Below, piece by piece: positions 8,950-17,293 of a stretch of 64,000 bases of DNA; within the stretch, counting starts at the first letter, position 1; the number at the start of each line of letters is the position of its first letter. The position numbers and the translations under genes were made by a program. This stretch comes from Alphaproteobacteria bacterium (lineage in GTDB: Bacteria > Pseudomonadota > Alphaproteobacteria > Rs-D84): assembly GCA_015062545.1 (NCBI GenBank), contig SUUL01000002.1, positions 114,995-178,994 of the forward strand, in the 5' to 3' direction. The notes beneath the pieces are model-generated. The model saw only the letters and a program-made list of their open reading frames with translations, was not told the origin of the DNA and ran no database searches.

Positions 8950-9975
8950 ATGGGAATTAAACCTGCAAAATTAAATATTGGCGATACGATTGCGACCGTT
9001 TCACTGTCGTGGGGTGGTGCTGGCCTGTTGCCGGAACGCTATGCCCAGGCAAAACGACAACTGGAACAAACATTTGGGGTAAAAGTGATTGAAGCACCAC
9101 ATGCACTGGATGATGCGCAATACCTGTACGAACATCCCGAGATTCGCGCATCTGACATGATGTGGGCGTTCAAAAAACCGGATGTTAAGGCAATAATTTC
9201 TAACATCGGTGGCGATGACACCATTCGTATGTTGCCATATATTGACTGGGATATCATTCGCAATAACCCCAAAATTTTTATGGGATATTCTGATACAACG
9301 GTAAACTGCCACATGTGCCATTATGCAGGACTAAACAGTTTTTATGGTCCGTCAATGTTGGTGCAAATGGCCGAAGCAGGCGGAATATTGCCTTATGTTG
9401 AAAACAGCATGCGCAAGGTTTTATTTGATAATTCACCGGTTGGAATTGTGCCAGAAAACAAAGATGGGTTTACATACGAACGCGTAGATTGGTTTACGCC
9501 TGCGGGGCAAACACAAGTTCGCAAAATGCAACAAACAGACGGATGGCATTGGATTCAAGGTTCGGGCGTTGTTAGTGGCGAACTGTTTGGTGGTTGTATG
9601 GAAGTGATTGAGATGATAAAGGGCACACAAATCTGGAATCCTGATAATTTCAAGGATAAAATTGTATTCTTTGAGATTTCCGAAGAGAATCCAACCCCTG
9701 ATCAGGTTTTGTATTGGCTGCGCAATTATGGGGCGTGTGGAATCTTGCAACAAATGCGTGCCATTATTTTCGGTCGTCCAAAGAATGAAAACAACCCAAA
9801 ATATGAAAAACGTATTTTACAGGCCTTGGCGGAATTTGGTTTAACGGATATGCCAGTTGTAACACACTTTGATATCGGGCATACCGACCCGATTATGGTT
9901 ATGCCTGTTGGATGCGTGGCAAAACTGGATTGCGATAAACACACATTTGAAATCACAGAAAACGCAGTGGTGTAA
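8950..9975 (+). CDS. ldcA: LD-carboxypeptidase (peptidase S66, LdcA/MccF-like)
   Basis: 'IISNIGGDDTIRMLPYIDW...MGYSDTT' with Ser in the SDTT context typical of S66; 341 aa. Confidence 0.7.
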   Translation: MGIKPAKLNIGDTIATVSLSWGGAGLLPERYAQAKRQLEQTFGVKVIEAPHALDDAQYLYEHPEIRASDMMWAFKKPDVKAIISNIGGDDTIRMLPYIDWDIIRNNPKIFMGYSDTTVNCHMCHYAGLNSFYGPSMLVQMAEAGGILPYVENSMRKVLFDNSPVGIVPENKDGFTYERVDWFTPAGQTQVRKMQQTDGWHWIQGSGVVSGELFGGCMEVIEMIKGTQIWNPDNFKDKIVFFEISEENPTPDQVLYWLRNYGACGILQQMRAIIFGRPKNENNPKYEKRILQALAEFGLTDMPVVTHFDIGHTDPIMVMPVGCVAKLDCDKHTFEITENAVV

Positions 9976-10186
9976 AAAATGACCAATCGATGGATATTTC
10001 TTGCCGTCAAATACCGCATATTGCCCCGACTTTACATTTACTGGCTTTTCAAACGTTGCTTTGTTCGATTCATTGGGCGATTGTGTTTCTTTATTGCTAT
10101 TATTTGATTTTTGTTCTGGCCCATTAAGTTTCAGTCTAATTTTTCATAATTGACACCTATCAGGCATAGCAATATAATATATATAG

Positions 10187-10621
10187 ATGACTAAAAACGC
10201 GTGTTTTTTTATATACATTTTATGTTCTTGTATGCTGATTCATCAATCGGCAAGATGTGAAAACACAAACCAAAAGTGGGTTGGAAAGTGGTATCTAAAT
10301 GACCAGGACACTGTTTTTGGTGGGGTAATGGATGTTTCTAACTGCGATGATACAACATGTGATTTTAAATTGGAATCGTGGTACGATTTACATATCTGTG
10401 ATGTTGACGGTAAAATAAAAATCAACGGAGACAAGGCAGAATACAACGACAAAAAACATCAATATGACAGAGAGACAGATACGGAATATTTTATTCCTGT
10501 TGGTATATTGTTTCAAATGGAGTCAGAAGATAAAATGAATCTGCGTTTTATCAATGCAGATTCATTTAGTGCTTTTTGTGGTATGCAAGCAACACTTGAA
10601 GGGATATGGATTAGACAATAA
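10187..10621 (+). CDS. hypothetical secreted protein
   Basis: hydrophobic N-terminus, Cys-containing, no known motif. Confidence 0.4.
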   Translation: MTKNACFFIYILCSCMLIHQSARCENTNQKWVGKWYLNDQDTVFGGVMDVSNCDDTTCDFKLESWYDLHICDVDGKIKINGDKAEYNDKKHQYDRETDTEYFIPVGILFQMESEDKMNLRFINADSFSAFCGMQATLEGIWIRQ

Positions 10622-11134
10622 TTAGTATTTATTCGTTCGTATTGTCCAACCATTTTTTGCCGTTTTCCAGTTTTTTGTCCCCTTTAAGTAATCTATTCTT
10701 TCGGTTTTTAGCACAACCATAAATTCGTTGACTTTGCTATCAGGAATCGTATTTATGGATTTAATTGTTTCGCTGCCTATGGCACCATCAACAACCAAGT
10801 TCGCATCCAAAAAAGAATTTAGTGCACGTTGAACTGTCTTTCCGGCACCTCCCATCACATTCATATCAAAAACTGCATCACGTATTCTGTCGTTTGTGAT
10901 TTCTGGGATTCGTGTATTGTCCCAATATTCGTTTTTATAAATTTCTTTGGCCTGTGCGGCTGTTAAATATTTTACATCTGCTGGGAAATTTTTGTCTGGG
11001 TACTTGGCAGAATATCTGTCCAGTGTACTTTGTTTAATTCCCATATTTGTTGGTTCGTCCTTAATCTGATTCTTGCCATCTGTATATCCCCCTTCGGGTT
11101 CTTTTAACTTGTTGTATGCACTTTCAAATTTCAT
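10622..11134 (-). CDS. GH108-family lysozyme with C-terminal PG_binding_3 domain
   Basis: 'EPEGGYTDG...MGI' (EGGY motif), 'FDMNVMGGAGKTVQRALN', 'LVVDGAIGSETIKSIN' peptidoglycan-binding motif. Confidence 0.6.
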   Translation of the reverse strand: MKFESAYNKLKEPEGGYTDGKNQIKDEPTNMGIKQSTLDRYSAKYPDKNFPADVKYLTAAQAKEIYKNEYWDNTRIPEITNDRIRDAVFDMNVMGGAGKTVQRALNSFLDANLVVDGAIGSETIKSINTIPDSKVNEFMVVLKTERIDYLKGTKNWKTAKNGWTIRTNKY

Positions 11135-11289
11135 ATAGTTTTCCTTTTGTTCAAAAAAATCCCGCGCGTGGCGGGAAAATAAAAATTATCAATGTTTGAT
11201 GTTAAATCGATACAGCCCGCCAAACCTGGAACCCATCCGCCATGAATTGAAAAATCATCATATTGGTTTCTTTTGATGGTTTTATCCAT
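11121..11289 (-). pseudogene. orphan C-terminal fragment of YkuD/Tlde1-like toxin (copy A)
   Basis: encodes 'MDKTIKRNQYDDFSIHGGWVPGLAGCIDL...' starting in-frame right after the stop of the upstream membrane-protein gene; homologous to residues ~95-135 of 12176..12628. Confidence 0.6.
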
Positions 11290-11307
11290 ATGCACAAGAT
11301 AAGTGTC

Positions 11308-11661
11308 TTATCTTTGTATTAAATAAGAGAGTAAATTTAGCACAATTTCCATAACAACTGGTATAGAAAGCAAAATACAAGATTGAATATATTTATGCCT
11401 TGCTCCCTTATATATTCCAACAAACAAACACGATAACTGTATAAGCAAATATATTAACAACAAGACAACATAATAAATTGTGCGTATTTCCACCCCCATA
11501 AATTCAATAAACTTACAGCATTCTCCGTACAGCATATATGGATATGGAGCCATAGTAAAAACATATCGTAATTCGGAAATTGGAACCAGTATTGCTATAA
11601 AAGATAAACATAATAGCAATACCCATCCCAAAATACATAAAATTGATTTAACTAATTTCAT
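11308..11661 (-). CDS. small multi-TM membrane protein (candidate immunity protein)
   Basis: 117-aa, three to four hydrophobic helices; lies between toxin fragment copies. Confidence 0.5.
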   Translation of the reverse strand: MKLVKSILCILGWVLLLCLSFIAILVPISELRYVFTMAPYPYMLYGECCKFIEFMGVEIRTIYYVVLLLIYLLIQLSCLFVGIYKGARHKYIQSCILLSIPVVMEIVLNLLSYLIQR

Positions 11662-11671
11662 CAATGGTATT

Positions 11672-11812
11672 TTACATTGATAATTAAATCATGTCCATTC
11701 TTTTCAAACCATTGTGTAAAATCATCGATATGATTTGTTAAATTAAAACCCATCCGCCATGAATAATAAAATCATCACGACCGTATGTGTTGGTTTCTTT
11801 TGCCAGACTAAA
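11672..11812 (-). pseudogene. orphan C-terminal fragment of YkuD/Tlde1-like toxin (copy B, frameshifted)
   Basis: 'LAKETNTYGRDDFIIHGGW' then a frameshift; the second frame reads 'LTNHIDDFTQWFEKNGHDLIINVKY*' matching the C-terminus of 12176..12628; the catalytic Cys segment is deleted. Confidence 0.65.
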
Positions 11813-12161
11813 ATTTTGCATAATGATATAACAAGGCACCAAGCAAAGAATCTATACAAGATATTATAATTGGACTTAACGCGAGCCAGAAAGATACTTT
11901 ATAGTTTTTCTTATACAAAAAATACACCGATACTGGAATAAAAAACAACAGCGTAGCACAAGAAGATACCAGATTTGTTAAATATATGTCTGCACTACGC
12001 CATGCCCATCCCATGGACTCTCCACCCCATGGACAACGTGCAAATGGAAACGCATCACGACATTCTTTGATAAAAAATTCATAATAATCAGTAAACAGTC
12101 CATATAAAAGCAATACATTTATACCAAGACAAATTATCGTGCCACGTTTCCATTTTTGCAT
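11808..12161 (-). CDS. small multi-TM membrane protein (candidate immunity protein)
   Basis: 117-aa hydrophobic protein 14 nt downstream of the toxin gene. Confidence 0.5.
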   Translation of the reverse strand: MQKWKRGTIICLGINVLLLYGLFTDYYEFFIKECRDAFPFARCPWGGESMGWAWRSADIYLTNLVSSCATLLFFIPVSVYFLYKKNYKVSFWLALSPIIISCIDSLLGALLYHYAKF

Positions 12162-12175
12162 ACATAACCCTTTTG

Positions 12176-12628
12176 CTAGTATTTTACATGTACAATCAGG
12201 TCTTTTCCAGTACTTTCTAGCCAGGATGTAAAAGCATTTATTTGCCCTGTCATATCAATACAGCCCGCTGACCCCAGATTCCATCCGCCATGAATTGAAA
12301 AATCATCACGACCGTATGTATTGGTTTCTTTTGATGGTTCCAACCATACACGAGAGCTGCCCCAAGAATATTCAGAACCCGGCCATTCGCCTACACCCGC
12401 CAGCCCGATAATTGCATTTGTTACAGAAAGGTGTTGCAACTCACTTTGTCTTGCAACGTATGTGCCTTCGGGGATTGGTCCTGTATCTTTTAGGTTTTGA
12501 TATTCAGGACTTCTGTATCCATCTTTGCCCGACACAGCATCCCACGACATAATTGGTTTGTCGTTTTCATACAGTGTAAATTTCTTGCCGTCAAACAATA
12601 CCTGGAACAACTTATGTCGATGATTCAA
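12176..12628 (-). CDS. putative L,D-transpeptidase-fold toxin (YkuD/Tlde1-DUF2778-like)
   Basis: C-terminal 'DDFSIHGGWNLGSAGCIDM' with a His..Ser/Gly-Cys arrangement like YkuD/Tlde1 active sites; two orphan C-terminal copies lie downstream. Confidence 0.45.
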   Translation of the reverse strand: MNHRHKLFQVLFDGKKFTLYENDKPIMSWDAVSGKDGYRSPEYQNLKDTGPIPEGTYVARQSELQHLSVTNAIIGLAGVGEWPGSEYSWGSSRVWLEPSKETNTYGRDDFSIHGGWNLGSAGCIDMTGQINAFTSWLESTGKDLIVHVKY

Positions 12629-12634
12629 TAATCA

Positions 12635-12970
12635 CTAATCACGCTGAAAATAAAACTTACATCCATCCAAATAAACATATATAGAATTTGGATTGGGTGC
12701 ATAAAATTTTTCTGTTGTGCCTGTGTCTTTTTTAACCAAAATTTCTTGGGCTTTTTCGTCATTATCATAACCGCCGATGGCGATGTTTGAACTATTGATT
12801 TCAAATGAAGTATTTTCATAAAAATTCTGGGCAACATATTCACAATCTGCAGTTATGTATCCAGCATATTCAAATCGTCCAAAAGACCATTTGCCGCAGA
12901 ACTCACAAGATTTACTGTCTGTAGAGCTACAACCAATCAAAAATACACAAACCAAAACTATCTTTTTCAT
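12635..12970 (-). CDS. lipoprotein
   Basis: 'MKKIVLVCVFLIGCSS' signal peptide with lipobox L-I-G-C. Confidence 0.6.
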   Translation of the reverse strand: MKKIVLVCVFLIGCSSTDSKSCEFCGKWSFGRFEYAGYITADCEYVAQNFYENTSFEINSSNIAIGGYDNDEKAQEILVKKDTGTTEKFYAPNPNSIYVYLDGCKFYFQRD

Positions 12971-13002
12971 GCAACACAGTATAAATGATACGATTGTAAA
13001 AA

Positions 13003-14139
13003 TCAATATATACCGCGTTTATACAAGTTCCATTCATTTTGTCTGCGGTTAATTAAACCGTTTGATACTTTTCCCTGGGTGCGATTCCATGCCCGCCATG
13101 CGGATTCTAAATCCGAATAAACAGAACTATGAAAATCCGGGTTGTTTATATATTTTACAACTGTTGAATTCTTAAACCCACCCGAACCGATGTTATATGC
13201 CAAAGACACCAATGCGTCATATTGGTTTTGCGCCAACGGAACCGTGATATTATCATTTACTGCACGTTCTGCCACGGCGATATCAGAACGTAATAATGCA
13301 ATCGCCTGCCGTTCTGTGATTCCGTTTGTAAAATCTTCACCCGGCTTTACCAAATGCCCATAGCCAATTGTTGCGCCTTTTGGTAAAGGCTCGTTTGGAT
13401 TTACTGGTTTTTTCGTAGCGTCATCATATATAACATGATTGCCCCGCTTGTCTAACACTCTGTCTTCTTTACCTTTTAACCATTCAATACCTTTATCACT
13501 CATTTTCATATCGGATACCTTATTTGATTTTTGTTCTGTTTTATATGGCTTTGTGCTGATTGTTTTGCCGTTTTTATCCAGTGTTTCTTCGGTAATATGG
13601 CATGCGCAGTTTTCATGAACTGGGCATACGGGTATGTCGTCTGGAAAAAAATAAACCGTGCCATCACGAGATTCGCATTCATCGCAAGTATTTTCGCCGC
13701 CACTGCTGTGCCACCGCCATATCTTGGGGGCAATTTTAAATTCAGGTATGTCCAATTCATATGTATCCAATTGCCGTTTTGATATGTAACCACCTGGCAT
13801 TAAAACTTTGACCGGTATCGGGTCGCCAGAGACAACATAATCTTCAATATTAAAATCAAAGCCAATGTTTTCAAAGTAGTCCTCAAAGTCTTCCATAACT
13901 TCTTCGGTGGCATCATCTTTTTCTGCTTCAAAATCTGCGTCTATTTCGGCCTGTGCCGCATTAAATTGTTTTAATGTCATATCGTATTCTGGGCGCATCA
14001 TACGACCAGATGCATCAAATTGCACCGTGCCAGGATATAGTATGTTCATATACTTTGTTGCCCGTCTATATGTTTCGCTGTTTTTATCGCCGTATTCGGG
14101 CGATGATAATAATTCCTGTAAAAATTTTGGTGTTTGCAT
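13003..14139 (-). CDS. phage MuF-like (head-morphogenesis C-terminal motif) protein fused to GH24 lysozyme
   Basis: 'CDECESRDGTVYF...PVCPVHENCACHI' resembles the MuF/SPP1 gp7 C-x-x-C...P-H-P-N-C-R-C motif; C-terminal 'GATIGYGHLV...ITERQAIALLRSDIAVAERAVN...PLAQNQYDALVSLAYNIGSGGF...NRRQNEWNLY' is a T4-lysozyme-like GH24 domain; GGAG RBS before ATG 14139. Confidence 0.6.
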   Translation of the reverse strand: MQTPKFLQELLSSPEYGDKNSETYRRATKYMNILYPGTVQFDASGRMMRPEYDMTLKQFNAAQAEIDADFEAEKDDATEEVMEDFEDYFENIGFDFNIEDYVVSGDPIPVKVLMPGGYISKRQLDTYELDIPEFKIAPKIWRWHSSGGENTCDECESRDGTVYFFPDDIPVCPVHENCACHITEETLDKNGKTISTKPYKTEQKSNKVSDMKMSDKGIEWLKGKEDRVLDKRGNHVIYDDATKKPVNPNEPLPKGATIGYGHLVKPGEDFTNGITERQAIALLRSDIAVAERAVNDNITVPLAQNQYDALVSLAYNIGSGGFKNSTVVKYINNPDFHSSVYSDLESAWRAWNRTQGKVSNGLINRRQNEWNLYKRGIY

Positions 14140-14247
14140 TTTATTCTCCATAAAAAACACCCGCGTGTGCGGGTAATAAAAAAGACGACAAAATGTCGTC
14201 TGTCTGATGCCGCGTATTATACCATAAAACGTACTAAAAATCAATAA

Positions 14248-14296
14248 AAAACACCCCGTTGGGGTGCTTTTTTATAATGGGGCGGATAACCGGACT
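14248..14296. repeat. direct repeat of tRNA-His 3' end (19 nt) plus its downstream terminator (30 nt)
   Basis: 48/49 identity to 28871..28919. Confidence 0.85.
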
Positions 14297-14460
14297 GTAA
14301 ATCCCCATCTGCGCCACGTTGGCGCGATGGGCCCCATTCACTACGTAAGGTTCAAACGGCGCATACGCTTGTTTTCACCAACTGGCGTTCCGAACCCTTT
14401 TGGGGTTCTCGTCCGCGCCCCATACAAAAATTAAACGACCGGCAAGCGGTCGTTGATTTT

Positions 14461-14481
14461 TTGGTGGGGACACAGGGACTC
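14461..14481. repeat. 21-nt copy of tRNA-Lys 3' end
   Basis: identical to 20152..20172. Confidence 0.7.
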
Positions 14482-14650
14482 CCTCGCACGGTGCAAAGCA
14501 CCGGCTGCGGGGCATTCCTGACAAATCGCCTGCGCTGCGCTTGGCTCTTTTACTCATTGTCGACCCTACGCCATTAGCATGGCTTTTACGGGTTCTTCGT
14601 CCCGTGTCCGCAGAAATAAAAAAACCACCCTGCGGTGGTTTTCTTATTTC

Positions 14651-14696
14651 TGGTGGGGACACAGGGACTCGAACCCTGGACCCAATGATTAAAAGT
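14651..14696. repeat. 46-nt copy of tRNA-Lys 3' end (att site of integrative element)
   Basis: 46/46 identical to 20153..20198. Confidence 0.9.
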
Positions 14697-14834
14697 TAGC
14701 TACGTATGTTTATTTTACTGTGTTTACTGTGATTATGTTTATTTTTACTTTGCATACTGGAATTAAACGGGACATATTCGGGTTTTATTTTAGATTTATG
14801 TGAATGCGTCTTATTATACAAAAAAAGGATACGC

Positions 14835-15983
14835 ATGAAAGCAAAGTTTAATTTTACAGATACTGCTATTAGTAAAATTACACCACCACATAAAAATGTA
14901 CAAAAACTTGTATTCAGCGACAACTATCAACGTGGACTTGTATTAATTGTTGGATACGGTGGCAAAAAAGCTTTTTATTTCAGGGGCAAACAACATAAAA
15001 AGAAAATTATGTTTAAAATTGGCGAATTCCCGTATATGAACACAAATAAAGCAAGGGAAAAGGTGTTTGTGCTGTACAACGACTTAAAAAGGGGAATATT
15101 GCAACAACCTGATATAAAACTGCAACACATTACACTAAAACAGCTGTTTTATGATGAATATATCCCAAAACATGCAAAAATATTTAAAAAACACAATGCA
15201 TGGCAAATAAATGAACGTACTTTTAAAACACACTTTAAAATTATTGAGAATATTGAGATAGATAAGCTGACAAGGAACAATATTGACATATGGCACAAAA
15301 GCATTGGTAAAAATAGTGGCATATACATGGCAAACAGATGTCTGGCATTGATACGCCACATGTTAAATATGGCAATAGATTGGGGGTTGTTGACTATCAA
15401 TCCTGCACAGAACATACGGCAATTTAAAGAAGTAGCACGTGATAGATTTTTGCAACCGGCAGAAATAACAAACTTTATGCAAGCATTGATGGGCACAACA
15501 AATGAAATGTTTAAGCATTTTATACTGCTGTTATTATATACAGGGCAACGAAAAGCGAACATTTTAGCGTTACGTTGGGAACATATAAATCTGCATAATT
15601 GTATATTGTACCTGCCAGACACGAAAAACAATCAATCCCAACAGATTCCACTTACTAAACAAGCAATAAATGTTTTAAAAGACATAGGCATAAAAGACTT
15701 TGGTTGGGTATTCCCCAGCAAACAAAGTACAAGCGGACATATGGAAAACCCAAAACGATACTGGGCAGAATTGCTAAAAAAAGCGAATATAACTAATTTA
15801 AGAATGCACGATTTAAGACGTACAATGGGCAGTTATCAGGCAATAGTTGGCAGCAGTATGAATATTATTAGCAAGTCGCTGGGGCACAAATCAATACAAT
15901 CAACAGCAGTGTATGCAAGACTTTCATTAGAACCTGTAAGGGAATCAATGCAAAAAGCAACAGACGAGATAATGAAATATTAA
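14835..15983 (+). CDS. int: tyrosine recombinase/integrase (P4-like)
   Basis: C-terminal 'LRMHDLRRTMGS...LGHKSIQSTAVYARL' R-H-R-Y catalytic motifs. Confidence 0.85.
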   Translation: MKAKFNFTDTAISKITPPHKNVQKLVFSDNYQRGLVLIVGYGGKKAFYFRGKQHKKKIMFKIGEFPYMNTNKAREKVFVLYNDLKRGILQQPDIKLQHITLKQLFYDEYIPKHAKIFKKHNAWQINERTFKTHFKIIENIEIDKLTRNNIDIWHKSIGKNSGIYMANRCLALIRHMLNMAIDWGLLTINPAQNIRQFKEVARDRFLQPAEITNFMQALMGTTNEMFKHFILLLLYTGQRKANILALRWEHINLHNCILYLPDTKNNQSQQIPLTKQAINVLKDIGIKDFGWVFPSKQSTSGHMENPKRYWAELLKKANITNLRMHDLRRTMGSYQAIVGSSMNIISKSLGHKSIQSTAVYARLSLEPVRESMQKATDEIMKY

Positions 15984-16057
15984 AAAAATTTTTGCAGTTG
16001 GTTAACTTCTGACTATGCTATCGTTTATTATTTTATTCATGTAAAAAAGGATGAAAC

Positions 16058-16774
16058 ATGAATAAAATAAAAATACATTTGGGATACGAGGCACAAACAT
16101 TTGAACACAGGGACTTTAAATCTTTTGACATAGATTTAACCACATTTCCAGCATTGTTTATTGATTATAATAATAATTATTTTGGGGTAACAGCTGACCC
16201 AATCACATTATCAATTATTAGTCAAATAAAAGACCTAGATAAAAAAAATAGAACACTACACACTGTTATTATAGACAAAGGTAGAATAACGCATAATTCA
16301 GCTATGCCAGAAGGAACGTACAAAAAAAATGACCCCGGAATAATGATAAAAAGATTAACTGCAATTGTAGCAAAACGTTATGAAAAAAGTTTGCAAGACG
16401 AAAGCTACCTTACTCACCATAAGTACGTAGTGATAGTAAAAGGAATTAATGGACTGGAAGCATTATTGACTAAAATGATGTCTATGCTTGGTGCAGTTGG
16501 GGTCTACTTAATAATGGCTGACAACAGCAGTGAATTAGAAGGATATAGCTATTTAAAAGAGTATTTATACGGCCAAATAACTTATGCAAGCCAATGGGAT
16601 ACACCTGCAGGGGTTGGTATATGTCCTTCAGAATACGGCCCTAGTTATGGGATAGTTACAGAAAGATTCAAACCCGAGTACAAATGTAGTAAAGATATAT
16701 ATTCAGATTTTAATTATAAAAAAATAATAACTCGCGAACCAACGCCTATAGAATGGTTGTTTAGTCAATTATAA
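16058..16774 (+). CDS. hypothetical protein
   Basis: 238-aa ORF with no recognised motif. Confidence 0.4.
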   Translation: MNKIKIHLGYEAQTFEHRDFKSFDIDLTTFPALFIDYNNNYFGVTADPITLSIISQIKDLDKKNRTLHTVIIDKGRITHNSAMPEGTYKKNDPGIMIKRLTAIVAKRYEKSLQDESYLTHHKYVVIVKGINGLEALLTKMMSMLGAVGVYLIMADNSSELEGYSYLKEYLYGQITYASQWDTPAGVGICPSEYGPSYGIVTERFKPEYKCSKDIYSDFNYKKIITREPTPIEWLFSQL

Positions 16775-17011
16775 CCTTGCTTTTATTGTAATTTTTATGA
16801 TAGTATTCCCTTGAATCATATAAGTGGTTCAAGGGCGTCAGAACCCTGTTAATGCATTGTATCCGTGGGGATATTAAACACCTCCGACTGTAATTGGTTG
16901 GAGGGTGGCGAAATATCAAAATAAGCCCGCTATTTTCAATGCATTATAGTTCTGAACCTCCAACCACCAGTATGATTTGGTGGTTTTTTATTAACATAAA
17001 AAGGATGAAGC

Positions 17012-17236
17012 ATGGCTTTTGTAATAATGATAGCGTGTTTGGCGGCATACTTCTTGCCAACGATTGTTGCTGTACTGAACAGCAAATGTACAAACAAGAT
17101 TGGTATTTTTATATTGAACTTGTTATTGGGTTGGACGTTTATAGCATGGGTTATTGCGTTAGTAATGGCATGTGGTAATGGCGTACGTGAAACAATAGTT
17201 ATAAACAATGATAATTCAGCTAAAACAGCAAAATAA
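17012..17236 (+). CDS. superinfection immunity protein (Imm_superinfect family)
   Basis: 74 aa, two TM helices, 'YFLPTIVAV...LNLLLGWTFIAWVIALVMA' signature. Confidence 0.6.
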   Translation: MAFVIMIACLAAYFLPTIVAVLNSKCTNKIGIFILNLLLGWTFIAWVIALVMACGNGVRETIVINNDNSAKTAK

Positions 17237-17293
17237 TACTGGGTTGGGTGCAAAAATGCCCAACCTTATTATTTTACAACAAAGGACACACAG

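Noticed and set aside
11186-11225. Intrinsic terminator hairpin (CCCGCCACGCGCGGG + T-run) read as part of toxin fragment A
   Set aside because: The fragment frame reads through it (…FYFPATRG…), but that tail is terminator-derived and not homologous to the full-length toxin. Only the HGGW…GCIDL part is taken as the remnant.
14297-14650. GC-rich structured spacer considered as a (two-piece) tmRNA/ssrA gene, because tmRNA is a common integration target and has a tRNA-like 3' end
   Set aside because: No tag-peptide reading frame (no ...ANDxxxxLAA-stop) in either orientation. The adjacent tRNA-like ends match tRNA-Lys (G3:C70), not an alanine-type G3:U70 acceptor. Kept only as an unexplained structured region.
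14375-14662. 95-aa ORF on minus strand across the GC-rich spacer
   Set aside because: It lies within att-like repeats and hairpins, has Arg/Pro-rich low-complexity composition typical of GC-rich non-coding DNA, and has no RBS.
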